Shown: piece after piece, positions 46,901-53,306 of the stretch
How the letters are laid out: every line of letters begins with the position of its first letter
Position numbering within the stretch: position 1 is the stretch's first letter
NCBI GenBank assembly: GCA_949077035.1
Contig: CARUPR010000001.1
Location: forward strand, 22,443-86,442
DNA: 64,000 nucleotides
Direction of reading: 5' to 3'
Origin: an uncultured Eubacteriales bacterium
GTDB taxonomy: Bacteria; Bacillota; Clostridia; Christensenellales; UBA1242
Made by a program: the position numbers and the translations under genes
Notes under the pieces: generated by a model
The model's database searches: none
The model's input: only the letters and a program-made list of their open reading frames with translations
What the model was told of the DNA's origin: nothing

Positions 46901-48423
46901 AAGATGTTGATGTTTAAATTGTCTACCCATGATAGAGGCTTTTCTTCATGTTTTGAAATTGAAAGATTCACCTGGCTTATCATTGGCTGACCATTTGCAT
47001 CAGCAAACAATTCTGTGTTTTCATTGACTAAAAGAGCGACATTAATCTTCAAATCAATGGCCTCGGTGGCGGTCAATTTCCAATTTGAATATCGTATGTC
47101 ATTTACATTTGAATTTGGTCGATAATATCTTTTGCCATCAATATCAATATATGGCATTTCTTTATCGCCCTCAATATTTAAAATTTTATTATTGCCCCAA
47201 GTTGGGTCAACACCATTGAAATCAAAAGAAATAACAATGTTTTTTAATAGATTGTCAAGAAGAAGCCCTGAAGAAGAATAAACTCTCACTCCAAGATAAT
47301 CGCTGCTGCTTTGATAAGGATATTGATTAAGATATAAGTTTAGTGGCGATTCAACATTCATAGAGATAGTTTGAGAAACCTTTGAAACTGTGAAATTTCC
47401 AATATTTTCTTCACCAATAGAAACCTCTGCATATGATTCTTCTGCAATTTCCTTATTGTCACTATTCTCACTTAAATAGGTCAAAACACCTGTATAATAA
47501 TATGTGACATCCTCAATTTCTCCCACAAGCAAATCATAATCAAGTTGTGCTTTTGCTGTTGAGAAGGTATAACCATTTATTCTGACATTATCTGCCGCTT
47601 GATTTGAAGCAACAAAGTGATTGCTATGCTTTCCGTCATAAACAGCTGTGATATTTTGTGTGTTGACAGCTTCATAATAAGAATATTTTTCTCGCCAAGA
47701 AGCCTGTTCTTGACCACTCTTTTCATCTGAATACATCCATTTGCTTGCTTTAGGGATATATTTTGTTTGCATGGTGAAAGATTCATTTCTTACCACCTGA
47801 TTTGTAAGTTCACCTTTTGAATTGTAAACCAAAGTTTGAGTTGAATATACTGGCACATCAACAGCAATCTTGATATTTGCAGTGCCAATTTCAATATTTT
47901 CAGAACGTGCAACAAGAGTTGAAATACCGCCTGCTATCCAGTTTATGTAATTATCAGAGCTGTCCTTTATTGGATTTCCATTTTCATCTTCAAGATGATT
48001 AGATAAAAGATGAACAGAAAAAGGTTTTCCTAAAGAAACATATTTTGGCACCTGAATCGATTTATTTGAAATAAGCTGATTGACAGGGTCATAATCTGTC
48101 ACAACATCACCGCCAAAAGAAAGTTCTACCTTTCTTCGAGTAACCTGTGATGTTGGTGATGTGATTGTAAGCTGAAAATCTTTTCCAACTTCAAGTTGCA
48201 TCCTTTCGCTGTTAAATAAATCATCATCATAAAGGAAATTTATGCTTTCTGGCATGGTGTTTTCTTCTTCAAAACCACCAGCAAGATAAACTCCAAGCAC
48301 TGTCGCACCAGAGATGACAAAAATACTTGCAATAGTCACAACTATTGTCATCCATGTTTTCCACTTGGATTTAAACTTTTCCTCTTTTTTCTTTTCTTCT
48401 TTAATCATCTTTTTCTTTTTCAT
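37918..48423 (-). CDS. Giant (3501 aa) N-terminally membrane-anchored protein of unknown family, presumably surface-exposed
   Basis: A single uninterrupted 10.5-kb ORF starts at an ATG preceded by GAGAGG. The N-terminus is Lys-rich, followed by the TM helix 'MTIVVTIASIFVISGATVLGVYLAG'. The remainder is Asn/Asp/Glu/Thr/Tyr/Ile-rich with very few Cys. It has no LPXTG or C-terminal anchor and no obvious tandem repeats. Confidence 0.85.
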   Translation of the reverse strand: MKKKKMIKEEKKKEEKFKSKWKTWMTIVVTIASIFVISGATVLGVYLAGGFEEENTMPESINFLYDDDLFNSERMQLEVGKDFQLTITSPTSQVTRRKVELSFGGDVVTDYDPVNQLISNKSIQVPKYVSLGKPFSVHLLSNHLEDENGNPIKDSSDNYINWIAGGISTLVARSENIEIGTANIKIAVDVPVYSTQTLVYNSKGELTNQVVRNESFTMQTKYIPKASKWMYSDEKSGQEQASWREKYSYYEAVNTQNITAVYDGKHSNHFVASNQAADNVRINGYTFSTAKAQLDYDLLVGEIEDVTYYYTGVLTYLSENSDNKEIAEESYAEVSIGEENIGNFTVSKVSQTISMNVESPLNLYLNQYPYQSSSDYLGVRVYSSSGLLLDNLLKNIVISFDFNGVDPTWGNNKILNIEGDKEMPYIDIDGKRYYRPNSNVNDIRYSNWKLTATEAIDLKINVALLVNENTELFADANGQPMISQVNLSISKHEEKPLSWVDNLNINILLNYQVIDGESKIKSETIDLNRYSSVSEENIYQDKVYFVWFGDGPLADYVDMANRIIGEDGYILERSGKYQTNDGRMATLFAVNGSRLTLYNTGEFSLYFATIRPGSAEGLYDIAEMCSSTKEVISKTALYSNSIKDFYLEADNFIVEDEQEISINLGSNLDFGLHYTIAAESVPVFKDEFQKGFIRPVIYDMAGNDISEYFIFSEGAIFTNDETKAVSVQYRVSTKASVQLDNLNGLYLGYISLIYENEEGQAIEWKRALNTITDKLVNIYKPKAVRIDMATKSAVYEALADENAKPITVDQNLTQEGGFNTIIKVTLLDGTIKTFNNVTEFINDIVGANGSNFVIVDQKGNSNTLKNQWKFMVQSGNSNIINILPNGQSFAFKNTNSNSYIPLSLIVKSNDENATLTENENAFEIQFEVKSTGISKVKYDAENKNTYEVSLTTESSDTSKEVIVNKYGAVGNEDQFINLKDLIRIYCLDEEGKDVEFSLDNVNFKFTSQYYSETRMTDRQILDMFGSDGMVTLYDSNDQKITFTNTADTIRQALANIIISKIKINKNFASPHYMEFSMSDVSGAVNIMFSLQLLQNFNATNENYVGKDSVYAGLSNKIALKNTYVDFNKNAQGTNAFNQLFDKNKNYYIIANNEGRYVVVASDTKPVGAIGTYNANSNEISFEDFWEVATKNFTIYFQPEGNNSFALSHPIQFEVKRDIKIADQKGTFYILGDGSQIGDFVLVTRHNDQTIEGVTFSFDFDDYLQYKDGKVVKKENANFFFDYNQKSLWTTMIIKHGNTTFGQIDIEIQLLNSQDDIYSILASSFTLESNDEFLSKLKPQSQIIGDVNYLMFARNVGPNWSFGNLYGYEYNILPTTRDYFGNNYVRNLYESDSDNSLISFKSQVEQKLFYGLDDTNSYLVLQIRKDNNVLAFMHIPMLVSNIGYDIVVYENYNKLFADDRHRVETALADPENLIEMGIYNEIEAGKLSQILSQYNMAELVSEMGEDGQIVPAQYRPINKGGLYTIGGAIEQQLNVYIFENKDEDYSNLLNSKLITKIIKNGNSNNTDDNTNSNDKIEEFVGYITLNHLNKEDKDVYLAFEYVVDSYGKKQTFYYLLKVVADVEIDNSIYAYNGSAEHISGDSSAVREVNLEELFDEKTLNKDKKRFVSNKIINLKNKENQETELDCLLKLDIKSESKLMFTYEYKETKDGIETTKYKEIIKDFKDETEIDLNAEDLFNGFIKKESGSTVKVAILKGDISISYQNEKLFETLKYKNEIVSVEVGSEGVMTDSEEWGKSLEAYFSSDYSTLYYRPFGKYANSKMTITIKHSYLTTDEDKLSVVGGEQTYTLILNEDSEIYSVRFTDKDGKVSETDELKLSLKNGEVYNDNVEGYEGKNVYKMQVDLLKKEAGNINTIVRDKLNVGISEGKENIESFNYNPSNGILIIVLKDYVDSDKNASFAVYTSMGYLASINLDLKANIEFTPMISEINGGSTINLKDTIKLTEDASEISEYTIADITISGQGKDLVKYENGQLIISDLISDKDISIDFVVKFNKGEQEKEFKFSHQYTLRKNITPKGNIAVSDETIAGRIHEFDIYNLFDFINDSQTSLNTQINVECQSSNPAFGGISVNGNLVEISTNYVSDKVTLELTLKVTLTFEQTSQEFNVRYSFVVAPSVKLESSYPVPNSNGMMKFEYIDNNTTFADIKAFLNANPIFGEAERISFYQAELLNGDKFASYNKKLETINNDDLTVILNSKTDNADLINGETTIPVNGQIDANNSIKFVRTGGNSGDASIQLSITYQSVNIVYNIRLLGQSLSIVQHTVSNYTLQGEYEEDSVSNSISYEKIYVDKTNTENLFVGERLLYASLNDTMAYYADEYYFVFSGEDGDDKLYASYPIYITDKDQSSNRYYDLGVSFEGKTFVGIYTTSSFEQNNIGIGDNRVVEDPLDNLTNLANQVFKMVDNKPQVALANRAQMTYGVDEEGNEILVDIKKYNSIFKGNYLTLNLGKNDLDKINKNEFRLTFNKNDGSTSPTKEFNFNYYYMGSFDIDVKEKGNIVEVEVNDTIESLNDLLGIHHPTTKRKVAASDFTSADSGLGFELIYYAGEESSPLPQETKTLLNNYMNTHSFNAYKRFVEDDGGTQTTDDHEYIFIGPTLNDTSGGRVYDYELIPFGAKNIGDYVLGKVTYKVNNFETDFYVVIKIMPDYAVSFNGNTENGQNELDEAGNQIRSNIEPHRIEYLQTANEYRDFNLTGEQGYMTIKHKNGTGEKQDLSTKEFSIKLTEEKMVKDISYNIPENLASKIFYNTSAGQNNNSWVKAANDNYYSYNAGETAAAITFSKVKAVIFGNQNYYIEGEDAYGYKFRLYFTLIATEDTPAITNSITIMEEDYIDLVIEQYKNLSIKNNNNDNYMITAQDDPVLQNDSKVNILKFEGIDAWQFVENYTVAQINDGNKIYLDKSNSADTAYTAHKEAAAGGNQGYEININQGANYLKYPMIDKITVENIKLYDPDTNQLIETLVQKAANTANWSFATNGAGYFGNEPAPETATEARTAQSHRAPRAIYGKQDGEGAENDYSDHLYQLPKLTQTGLYKNGDSVPLRLVVKLKYQANGIVEYCDCPINITVNRKVILQQTDNRVVRDGQAFALSDKLEGRVADGNEQVNITGFVNDTIEVLVKGNSRATFDIALTKTINGEKKEYKNTIQLPNTSSNIATTKYESISAALGVYVEPDDEITISNVKDALGIYYITNTTTRDPKTNLRDIEQVSGKPTGQVWEDGDGNATFKIAKIDQDVVFVEDASLLGDYSYSVTKHYIAQCEFGSKTPTTPETTADESTTTPANQTYNYRVSADYEVTGFVYNLKKNYSGEIGFTINSTYTENSGENPKWSPATFAQWNSAFSLYNGITTNGGKIEVDLGSQPINKDVALDYLSFKLDNKGGETSLGNATIDADGTIQLSNTFTPNQYIRVVVLMKVSGQERDAANNEGTKVILGELNLSTITRVIP

Positions 48424-48508
48424 TTATGACCTCTCTATATAAATTGGCTAAATCAAAATGTAGTAAGCGGCTTTGCAAATTTAATAAAATTAAATATGGC
48501 AAAATCCT

Positions 48509-48537
48509 TTATTACAAGTATAAATTTTTGCTGTCAA
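48509..48537 (-). promoter_or_regulatory. Candidate promoter TTGACA-17-TAATAA for the giant gene
   Basis: On the minus strand, TTGACA is at 48537-48532 and TAATAA at 48514-48509, about 85 nt upstream of the ATG. Confidence 0.4.
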
Positions 48538-48669
48538 AAAGGCAAATAAAATTGACCCTTTTAATAAATAATTTTAGTAATATATATATTATAAATATAA
48601 TTAAGAAAAATATTTAGTTTTCTTCCTTCTTTTTCATCTCTTTTTTAGGCAGTTAAAAGTCAAATTTGT

Positions 48670-48698
48670 TTGACAATATTATTTATTTAAGTTATACT
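48670..48698 (+). promoter_or_regulatory. Sigma-A-type promoter TTGACA-17-TATACT
   Basis: TTGACA is at 48670-48675 and TATACT at 48693-48698. It lies upstream of the SD AAGGAG and the ABC-F ATG at 48717. Confidence 0.6.
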
Positions 48699-48716
48699 TA
48701 CACGAAAGGAGTAAAA

Positions 48717-50297
48717 ATGTTACAAGTTACAAATATCTCACTCGCCTTTGGCGGCAGAGTGCTGTATAAAGATGTCAATTTAAAATTTACAAAGGGAAAC
48801 TGCTATGGCATAATCGGTGCCAATGGTGCAGGAAAATCAACATTCTTAAAAATTATTACAGGCGAAATAGAGCCAAACACAGGCGAAATTTCAATCACAC
48901 CGGGCGAAAGAATGTCTGTTTTAGCGCAAAATCAAAATGCTTATGATAATGAAACTGTGCTTAACACCGTCCTACTCGGCCATAAGAGATTGATGGAAAT
49001 TCAAAAAGAAAAAGATGAACTTTATATGAAACCAGACTTTTCTGAAGAAGATGGTTTAAGAGCGGGCGAACTTGAAACCGAATTTGCCGAGCTTGGTGGC
49101 TGGGAAGCTGAAAGTGAAGCAAAGAGCCTTCTTCAAAGCATGGGAATTGAAGAATCAATGTTTGACAGTCTTATGGGTGGATTAGACGGAAAAATCAAAG
49201 TTAAAATCCTGCTTGCGCAAGCTCTATTTGGAAATCCTGATATACTTATTTTGGACGAGCCTACAAACAACCTTGATTTCAAAACCTCTCGTTGGCTTGA
49301 AGAATATCTGTTGGATTTTGAAAACATTGTTATCATTGTTTCCCACAACCGTCACTTTTTAAATAAGGTCTGCACACATATTTGCGATGTCGACTATGGC
49401 AAGATTAATATGTTTATTGGAAACTATGATTTTTGGTATGAATCAAGTCAACTTATTTTAAGACAGATGAAAGACCAAAACAAAAAATCAGAACAACGAG
49501 CAAAAGAGCTTAAAGAATTTATCGCACGATTCTCTGCAAATGCTTCAAAGTCAAAACAGGCGACCAGCCGTAAGAGAGAACTTGAAAGATTGACAATTGA
49601 AGACATAAAACCTTCTTCAAGAAAATACCCTTATATAAACTTTGAATATAGTCAAGAAATTGGCAAAGAAATTTTGAAAGTAGAACATCTTACAAAAGCT
49701 GGAATGTTTAAAAATTTAAGTTTCAACATTGAAAAGGGGCAAAAAGTGGTATTTTTTGCAAAAAATAGCCAAATTTTAACCACTTTATTCAATATTATCC
49801 TAGGAAATGAAAAACCAGACCATGGTCAAGTCTTTGTTGGAAAGACCATAAAAATGACCAATCTGCCACAAAATAACAATGAATATTTTGAAGGAAATAC
49901 CTCATCAATTGTTGACTGGCTTAGACAATACTCTCAAGACCAAAATGAAACATATATAAGAAGCTGGCTTGGAAGAATGCTTTTTACCGGCGAAGAAAAC
50001 CTCAAGCCTGCAAATGTCCTTTCTGGTGGTGAACGTGTGAGATGTATGCTTGCCAAAATGATGCTTGAACAGGGAAATCTTGTGATTTTAGATGAACCTA
50101 CAAACCATCTTGACCTTGAATCTATCACAGCCTTAAACAAAGGTATGGTAAATTTTAGAGGAAATATGCTTTTTGCAACACATGACCAAGAAATCATAGA
50201 AACTGTTGCAGACAGAATTATTGATATTGTTGATGAAAACAAAATTATTGATTTCACTGGGACTTATCAAGAATACCTAGAAAAATATTCAAAATAA
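48717..50297 (+). CDS. ABC-F family ATPase (YbiT-like), with a degenerate NBD2 Walker A
   Basis: The ATG at 48717 follows AAGGAG. NBD1 has 'GANGAGKST' and 'LILDEPTNNLD'. The linker has 'FIARFSANASKSKQATSRKRELE'. NBD2 retains the signature 'LSGGERVR', 'LVILDEPTNHLD' and 'ATHDQE', but its Walker A position reads 'AKNSQILT'. Confidence 0.9.
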   Translation: MLQVTNISLAFGGRVLYKDVNLKFTKGNCYGIIGANGAGKSTFLKIITGEIEPNTGEISITPGERMSVLAQNQNAYDNETVLNTVLLGHKRLMEIQKEKDELYMKPDFSEEDGLRAGELETEFAELGGWEAESEAKSLLQSMGIEESMFDSLMGGLDGKIKVKILLAQALFGNPDILILDEPTNNLDFKTSRWLEEYLLDFENIVIIVSHNRHFLNKVCTHICDVDYGKINMFIGNYDFWYESSQLILRQMKDQNKKSEQRAKELKEFIARFSANASKSKQATSRKRELERLTIEDIKPSSRKYPYINFEYSQEIGKEILKVEHLTKAGMFKNLSFNIEKGQKVVFFAKNSQILTTLFNIILGNEKPDHGQVFVGKTIKMTNLPQNNNEYFEGNTSSIVDWLRQYSQDQNETYIRSWLGRMLFTGEENLKPANVLSGGERVRCMLAKMMLEQGNLVILDEPTNHLDLESITALNKGMVNFRGNMLFATHDQEIIETVADRIIDIVDENKIIDFTGTYQEYLEKYSK

Positions 50298-50315
50298 TAT
50301 AAAATATCAAAAAAA

Positions 50316-50340
50316 AGAGGCAATTTTGCCCCTTTTTTTT
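50316..50340. terminator. Bidirectional intrinsic terminator
   Basis: AAGAGGCAA-TTT-TGCCCCTT forms a hairpin with one mismatch. It is flanked by an A-run and a long T-run. Confidence 0.65.
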
Positions 50341-50364
50341 GTTTTTTAATAAATTTTAAACTAA

Positions 50365-50949
50365 TTATAACAAATTTTCAAGCTTGCCCAACCTCTCTTT
50401 TATGGTATAAGCAATTTCAAAATATGAATTTGATACTATAAAAAATTCTCGCATATTTATATTTTCAATACATAAATATGACCCTCTTGGTGCATATATT
50501 ATTTCACCCCATAGCGTATAGAAATAAACATTTTTAGTAATTTTTAAATATTTTTTATCATCGTCAATTGGAGTATACATCCCCCACAACTCATCTGTCA
50601 GCTCATATACATCCTGAAATTTCTCGCCCTTAATTACTTTTGTAAAACCATTTGTATATAATGCCAGCATTGAATTTAATTCAACATCTCTTTTGTCGAT
50701 GGTTTTCAAATCTTTTTTTAAGACATAACTTCTTCCACCGATATCATATCTCTGACGATTGTCAACCTCTTTTCCTTCTTCTGCCTTCAAAACATAAACA
50801 CTTTTATCACGCTTTGCAACAAGCACCTGACCATCGGTAAATTCTTTTAAAAGAGCCACTATATCAGCAGAATTTATCAAATCAACCTTTTGAAATTCAA
50901 ATTCCGTTTGATTTATGCCATCTAGCGAATAAAACTTTTTTATCATCAT
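50365..50949 (-). CDS. Hypothetical protein (194 aa)
   Basis: The ORF is clean and AGGAGAA lies upstream. The product is soluble and I recognise no motif. Confidence 0.6.
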   Translation of the reverse strand: MMIKKFYSLDGINQTEFEFQKVDLINSADIVALLKEFTDGQVLVAKRDKSVYVLKAEEGKEVDNRQRYDIGGRSYVLKKDLKTIDKRDVELNSMLALYTNGFTKVIKGEKFQDVYELTDELWGMYTPIDDDKKYLKITKNVYFYTLWGEIIYAPRGSYLCIENINMREFFIVSNSYFEIAYTIKERLGKLENLL

Positions 50950-51036
50950 TTCTCCTAAACAACAACTCCTACATTGAAAATTGTAACATAATTAAATTAA
51001 AATGTAAAGTTTAAAATAAAAATACATCTAAAAAAG

Positions 51037-51065
51037 TTGACATATTATTTTATATTGACTATAAT
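51037..51065 (+). promoter_or_regulatory. Perfect-consensus sigma-A promoter TTGACA-17-TATAAT
   Basis: TTGACA is at 51037-51042, followed by a 17-nt spacer and TATAAT at 51060-51065. It lies ~130 nt upstream of the recognisable T-box leader elements. Confidence 0.65.
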
Positions 51066-51198
51066 AAAAATGTCTAAGATAGATTTTTGGATTAATCAAA
51101 ATATTTAAGTTTTCTTATTTTTGAATTAATTAAAATATTTAAGATTTTTATTTTTTTGGTTAAACAAATTTTATTGGACTTATTAATTTTTATTATTT

Positions 51199-51341
51199 AA
51201 GCGATGATAGAATTGGCAACTCTTGAGCTTGACGCGATGTCAGCGAATTGACAGAATGAAGGCGATTGTAAAATCGCGAATTAGGGTGGAACAGCGTATA
51301 CCATGACGCCCCTATTGCTTTTTGGCAGTAGGGCTTTTTTT
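51199..51341 (+). promoter_or_regulatory. T-box riboswitch leader (glycine-specific) controlling glyQS
   Basis: The T-box sequence AATTAGGGTGGAACAGCG is at 51279-51296, against the consensus AAUUAGGGUGGUACCGCG. A GCGATGA-type start lies at 51201. GGC codons are at 51215-51217 and 51261-51263. A GNRA-capped hairpin GCGATT-GTAA-AATCGC is at 51262-51277. The terminator CCCTATTGC / GCAGTAGGG plus T-run is at 51310-51341. Confidence 0.85.
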
Positions 51342-51571
51342 ATAGATTATCAGCATGAAAGTTTTATTTTTAAAATTTTTATAATATGAATAATTTAAAT
51401 ATTTATAAGCATAGATGATATATTTGTTTTTATTTAATGTAAATTATTTATAAACAAAACAATCAATGTGAAGAAAAAAATATTAAAAATAAAAGATAAT
51501 TTATAAGATTTAGCCAAAAAACATCAAAAAAAAGCCAAAAACATATTATTTTTATAAAAAGGAGCTTTATT

Positions 51572-52948
51572 ATGCAAACAAAATTGACAATGGAAAAAAT
51601 TGTAAACCTTTCAAAATCACGTGGTTTTATCTTTCAAGGAAGTGAAATTTACGGCGGTTTTGCAAACACTTGGGACTTTGGTCCTATAGGCGTAGAACTT
51701 AAAAACAATATCAAACGTGCATGGTGGAAGAGATTTGTCCAAGAAGACCCAACAACCTATGGTGTTGATGCTGCCATTCTTATGAATCCTACTGTTTGGC
51801 ACGCATCAGGTCATGTTGAGAGCTTTGGCGACCCTAAAATGGATTGCAAAAATTGCAAAACAAGACATCGCGCTGATACTTTAATCGAAAATCATAGCAA
51901 GGGAAAAATCTCTGCAGAAGGTATGACAAATGAAGAAATGGAAGCATACATTGAAGAACATGATGTCAAATGTCCAAACTGCGGCAAACGTGATTTCACT
52001 CAAATTCGCAAGTTCAACCCTATGTTTACCACTTCCAGAGCTATGACAGGAGATAATAGTGATATAGTATACTTAAGACCAGAAACCTGCCAAGGCGAAT
52101 ATATAAATTTCCTCAACATCCAACGTTCTACTCGTGCAAAAGTGCCATTCGCAATTGCACAAATAGGGAAATCTTTTAGAAATGAAATCACTCCTGGAAA
52201 TTTCCTTTTCAGAACTATTGAGTTTGAACAAATGGAACTTCAAAAATTCTGCAAAGATGTTGATAGTATGGACATTTATGCAGACTATAAGAAAAGAGCT
52301 TGGACTTTTGTAAATGACATAGGTCTTAAAGAAGAACATTTAAGATATCATGACCATGACAAACTTGCCCATTATGCAAAAGCTGCTTGCGACATTCAAT
52401 ACCTTTTCCCAATGGGATGGCAAGAGCTTAATGGAATTCACCATAGAGGCACATGGGATTTATCAAGGCATCAAGAATTCAGCGGCAAGAATATGAATTA
52501 TCTTGACCCTGTCACAAATGAAAAATATCTTCCAACAGTTGTAGAATATTCAATAGGTGCTGACAGACTTACCCTTGCTCTCATGTGCGAGGCATATGAA
52601 GAAGAAGCACTTGAAAATGGCGAAACAAGAGTTGTTATGCATTTCCACCCTGCTATCGCACCATATAAAGTTGCAATTCTCCCACTGCAAAAAAATCTTG
52701 GTGATAAAGCTAAAGAAATTTATTCTATGCTCAGCAAAGAATTTATGTGTGACTATGATGAAGCTGGCTCAATCGGAAAGAGATATCGCAGACAAGATGA
52801 AATCGGCACTCCATTCTGCGTGACAATTGATTTTGATACACTTGAAGATAACACTGTGACTATCCGTGACCGCGATACTATGCAACAGATTAGAATCAAT
52901 GTAAACGACCTTTATGAATACATTTCAAAAAGAATCAAATTTAATTAA
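51572..52948 (+). CDS. glyQS: Glycine--tRNA ligase (homodimeric GlyQS type)
   Basis: The SD AAAAGGAG lies upstream. Motifs are 'RGFIFQGSEIYGG', 'YLRPETCQG', 'IGKSFRNEITP', 'EYSIGADRL' and the anticodon-binding 'KVAILPL...GKRYRRQDEIGTPFCVTID'. Confidence 0.95.
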   Translation: MQTKLTMEKIVNLSKSRGFIFQGSEIYGGFANTWDFGPIGVELKNNIKRAWWKRFVQEDPTTYGVDAAILMNPTVWHASGHVESFGDPKMDCKNCKTRHRADTLIENHSKGKISAEGMTNEEMEAYIEEHDVKCPNCGKRDFTQIRKFNPMFTTSRAMTGDNSDIVYLRPETCQGEYINFLNIQRSTRAKVPFAIAQIGKSFRNEITPGNFLFRTIEFEQMELQKFCKDVDSMDIYADYKKRAWTFVNDIGLKEEHLRYHDHDKLAHYAKAACDIQYLFPMGWQELNGIHHRGTWDLSRHQEFSGKNMNYLDPVTNEKYLPTVVEYSIGADRLTLALMCEAYEEEALENGETRVVMHFHPAIAPYKVAILPLQKNLGDKAKEIYSMLSKEFMCDYDEAGSIGKRYRRQDEIGTPFCVTIDFDTLEDNTVTIRDRDTMQQIRINVNDLYEYISKRIKFN

Positions 52949-53041
52949 TTTTTAATAATTTTAGAAAAATATGGTAAAAATTGCTTAAAAAGGGCAAAAA
53001 ATTGCAAAAAATGGATTTATAACATCTAATTAATGAAAAAT

Positions 53042-53205
53042 AAGATAGCACTCATGTTATTCGTGCCTATCTTGCGTTTCTAAAGATAGCACTCATGTTA
53101 TTCCTGCCTATCTTGCGTTTCTAAAGATAGCACTCATGTTATTCCTGCCTATCTTGCGTTTCTAAAGATATCACTTTCTTTGTTTGTGCCTATCTTGCGT
53201 CTTTA
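53042..53205 (+). repeat. Four head-to-tail copies of a 41-nt hairpin-forming element
   Basis: Units start at 53042, 53083, 53124 and 53165, an exact 41-nt period. The consensus is AAGATAGCACTCATGTTATTC(G/C)TGCCTATCTTGCGTTTCTA. The arms AAGATAGCAC and GTGCCTATCTT form a ~10-bp stem with one bulged C. There are no spacers. Confidence 0.9.
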
Positions 53206-53242
53206 AAAAAAGAATCGCTTTTCTTCAAGCGATTCTTTTTTT
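53204..53242. terminator. Bidirectional intrinsic terminator (glyQS / yugP-like convergent pair)
   Basis: AGAATCGCTT (53211-53220) pairs with AAGCGATTCT (53227-53236). The hairpin is flanked by A7 and T7. Confidence 0.8.
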
Positions 53243-53306
53243 ATCTCATACATCAGCAAGATGTTTTAATTGATATTTTTATTTGATTTATATTAATAAA
53301 TTCTGT

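Noticed and set aside
37918-48423. Short ORFs inside or antisense to the giant gene (e.g. 38169..38363, 39103..39375, 39117..39338, 41304..41495, 43403..43588, 44457..44703, 45836..46042, 47577..47786)
   Set aside because: All are embedded in a 10.5-kb continuous reading frame. They have odd composition and no translation signals, so I treat them as frame-shadow ORFs.
53042-53205. Possible CRISPR array (regular 41-nt repeats)
   Set aside because: The units abut directly with no unique spacers. No cas genes are nearby and there is no leader. It is listed as a tandem hairpin repeat instead.
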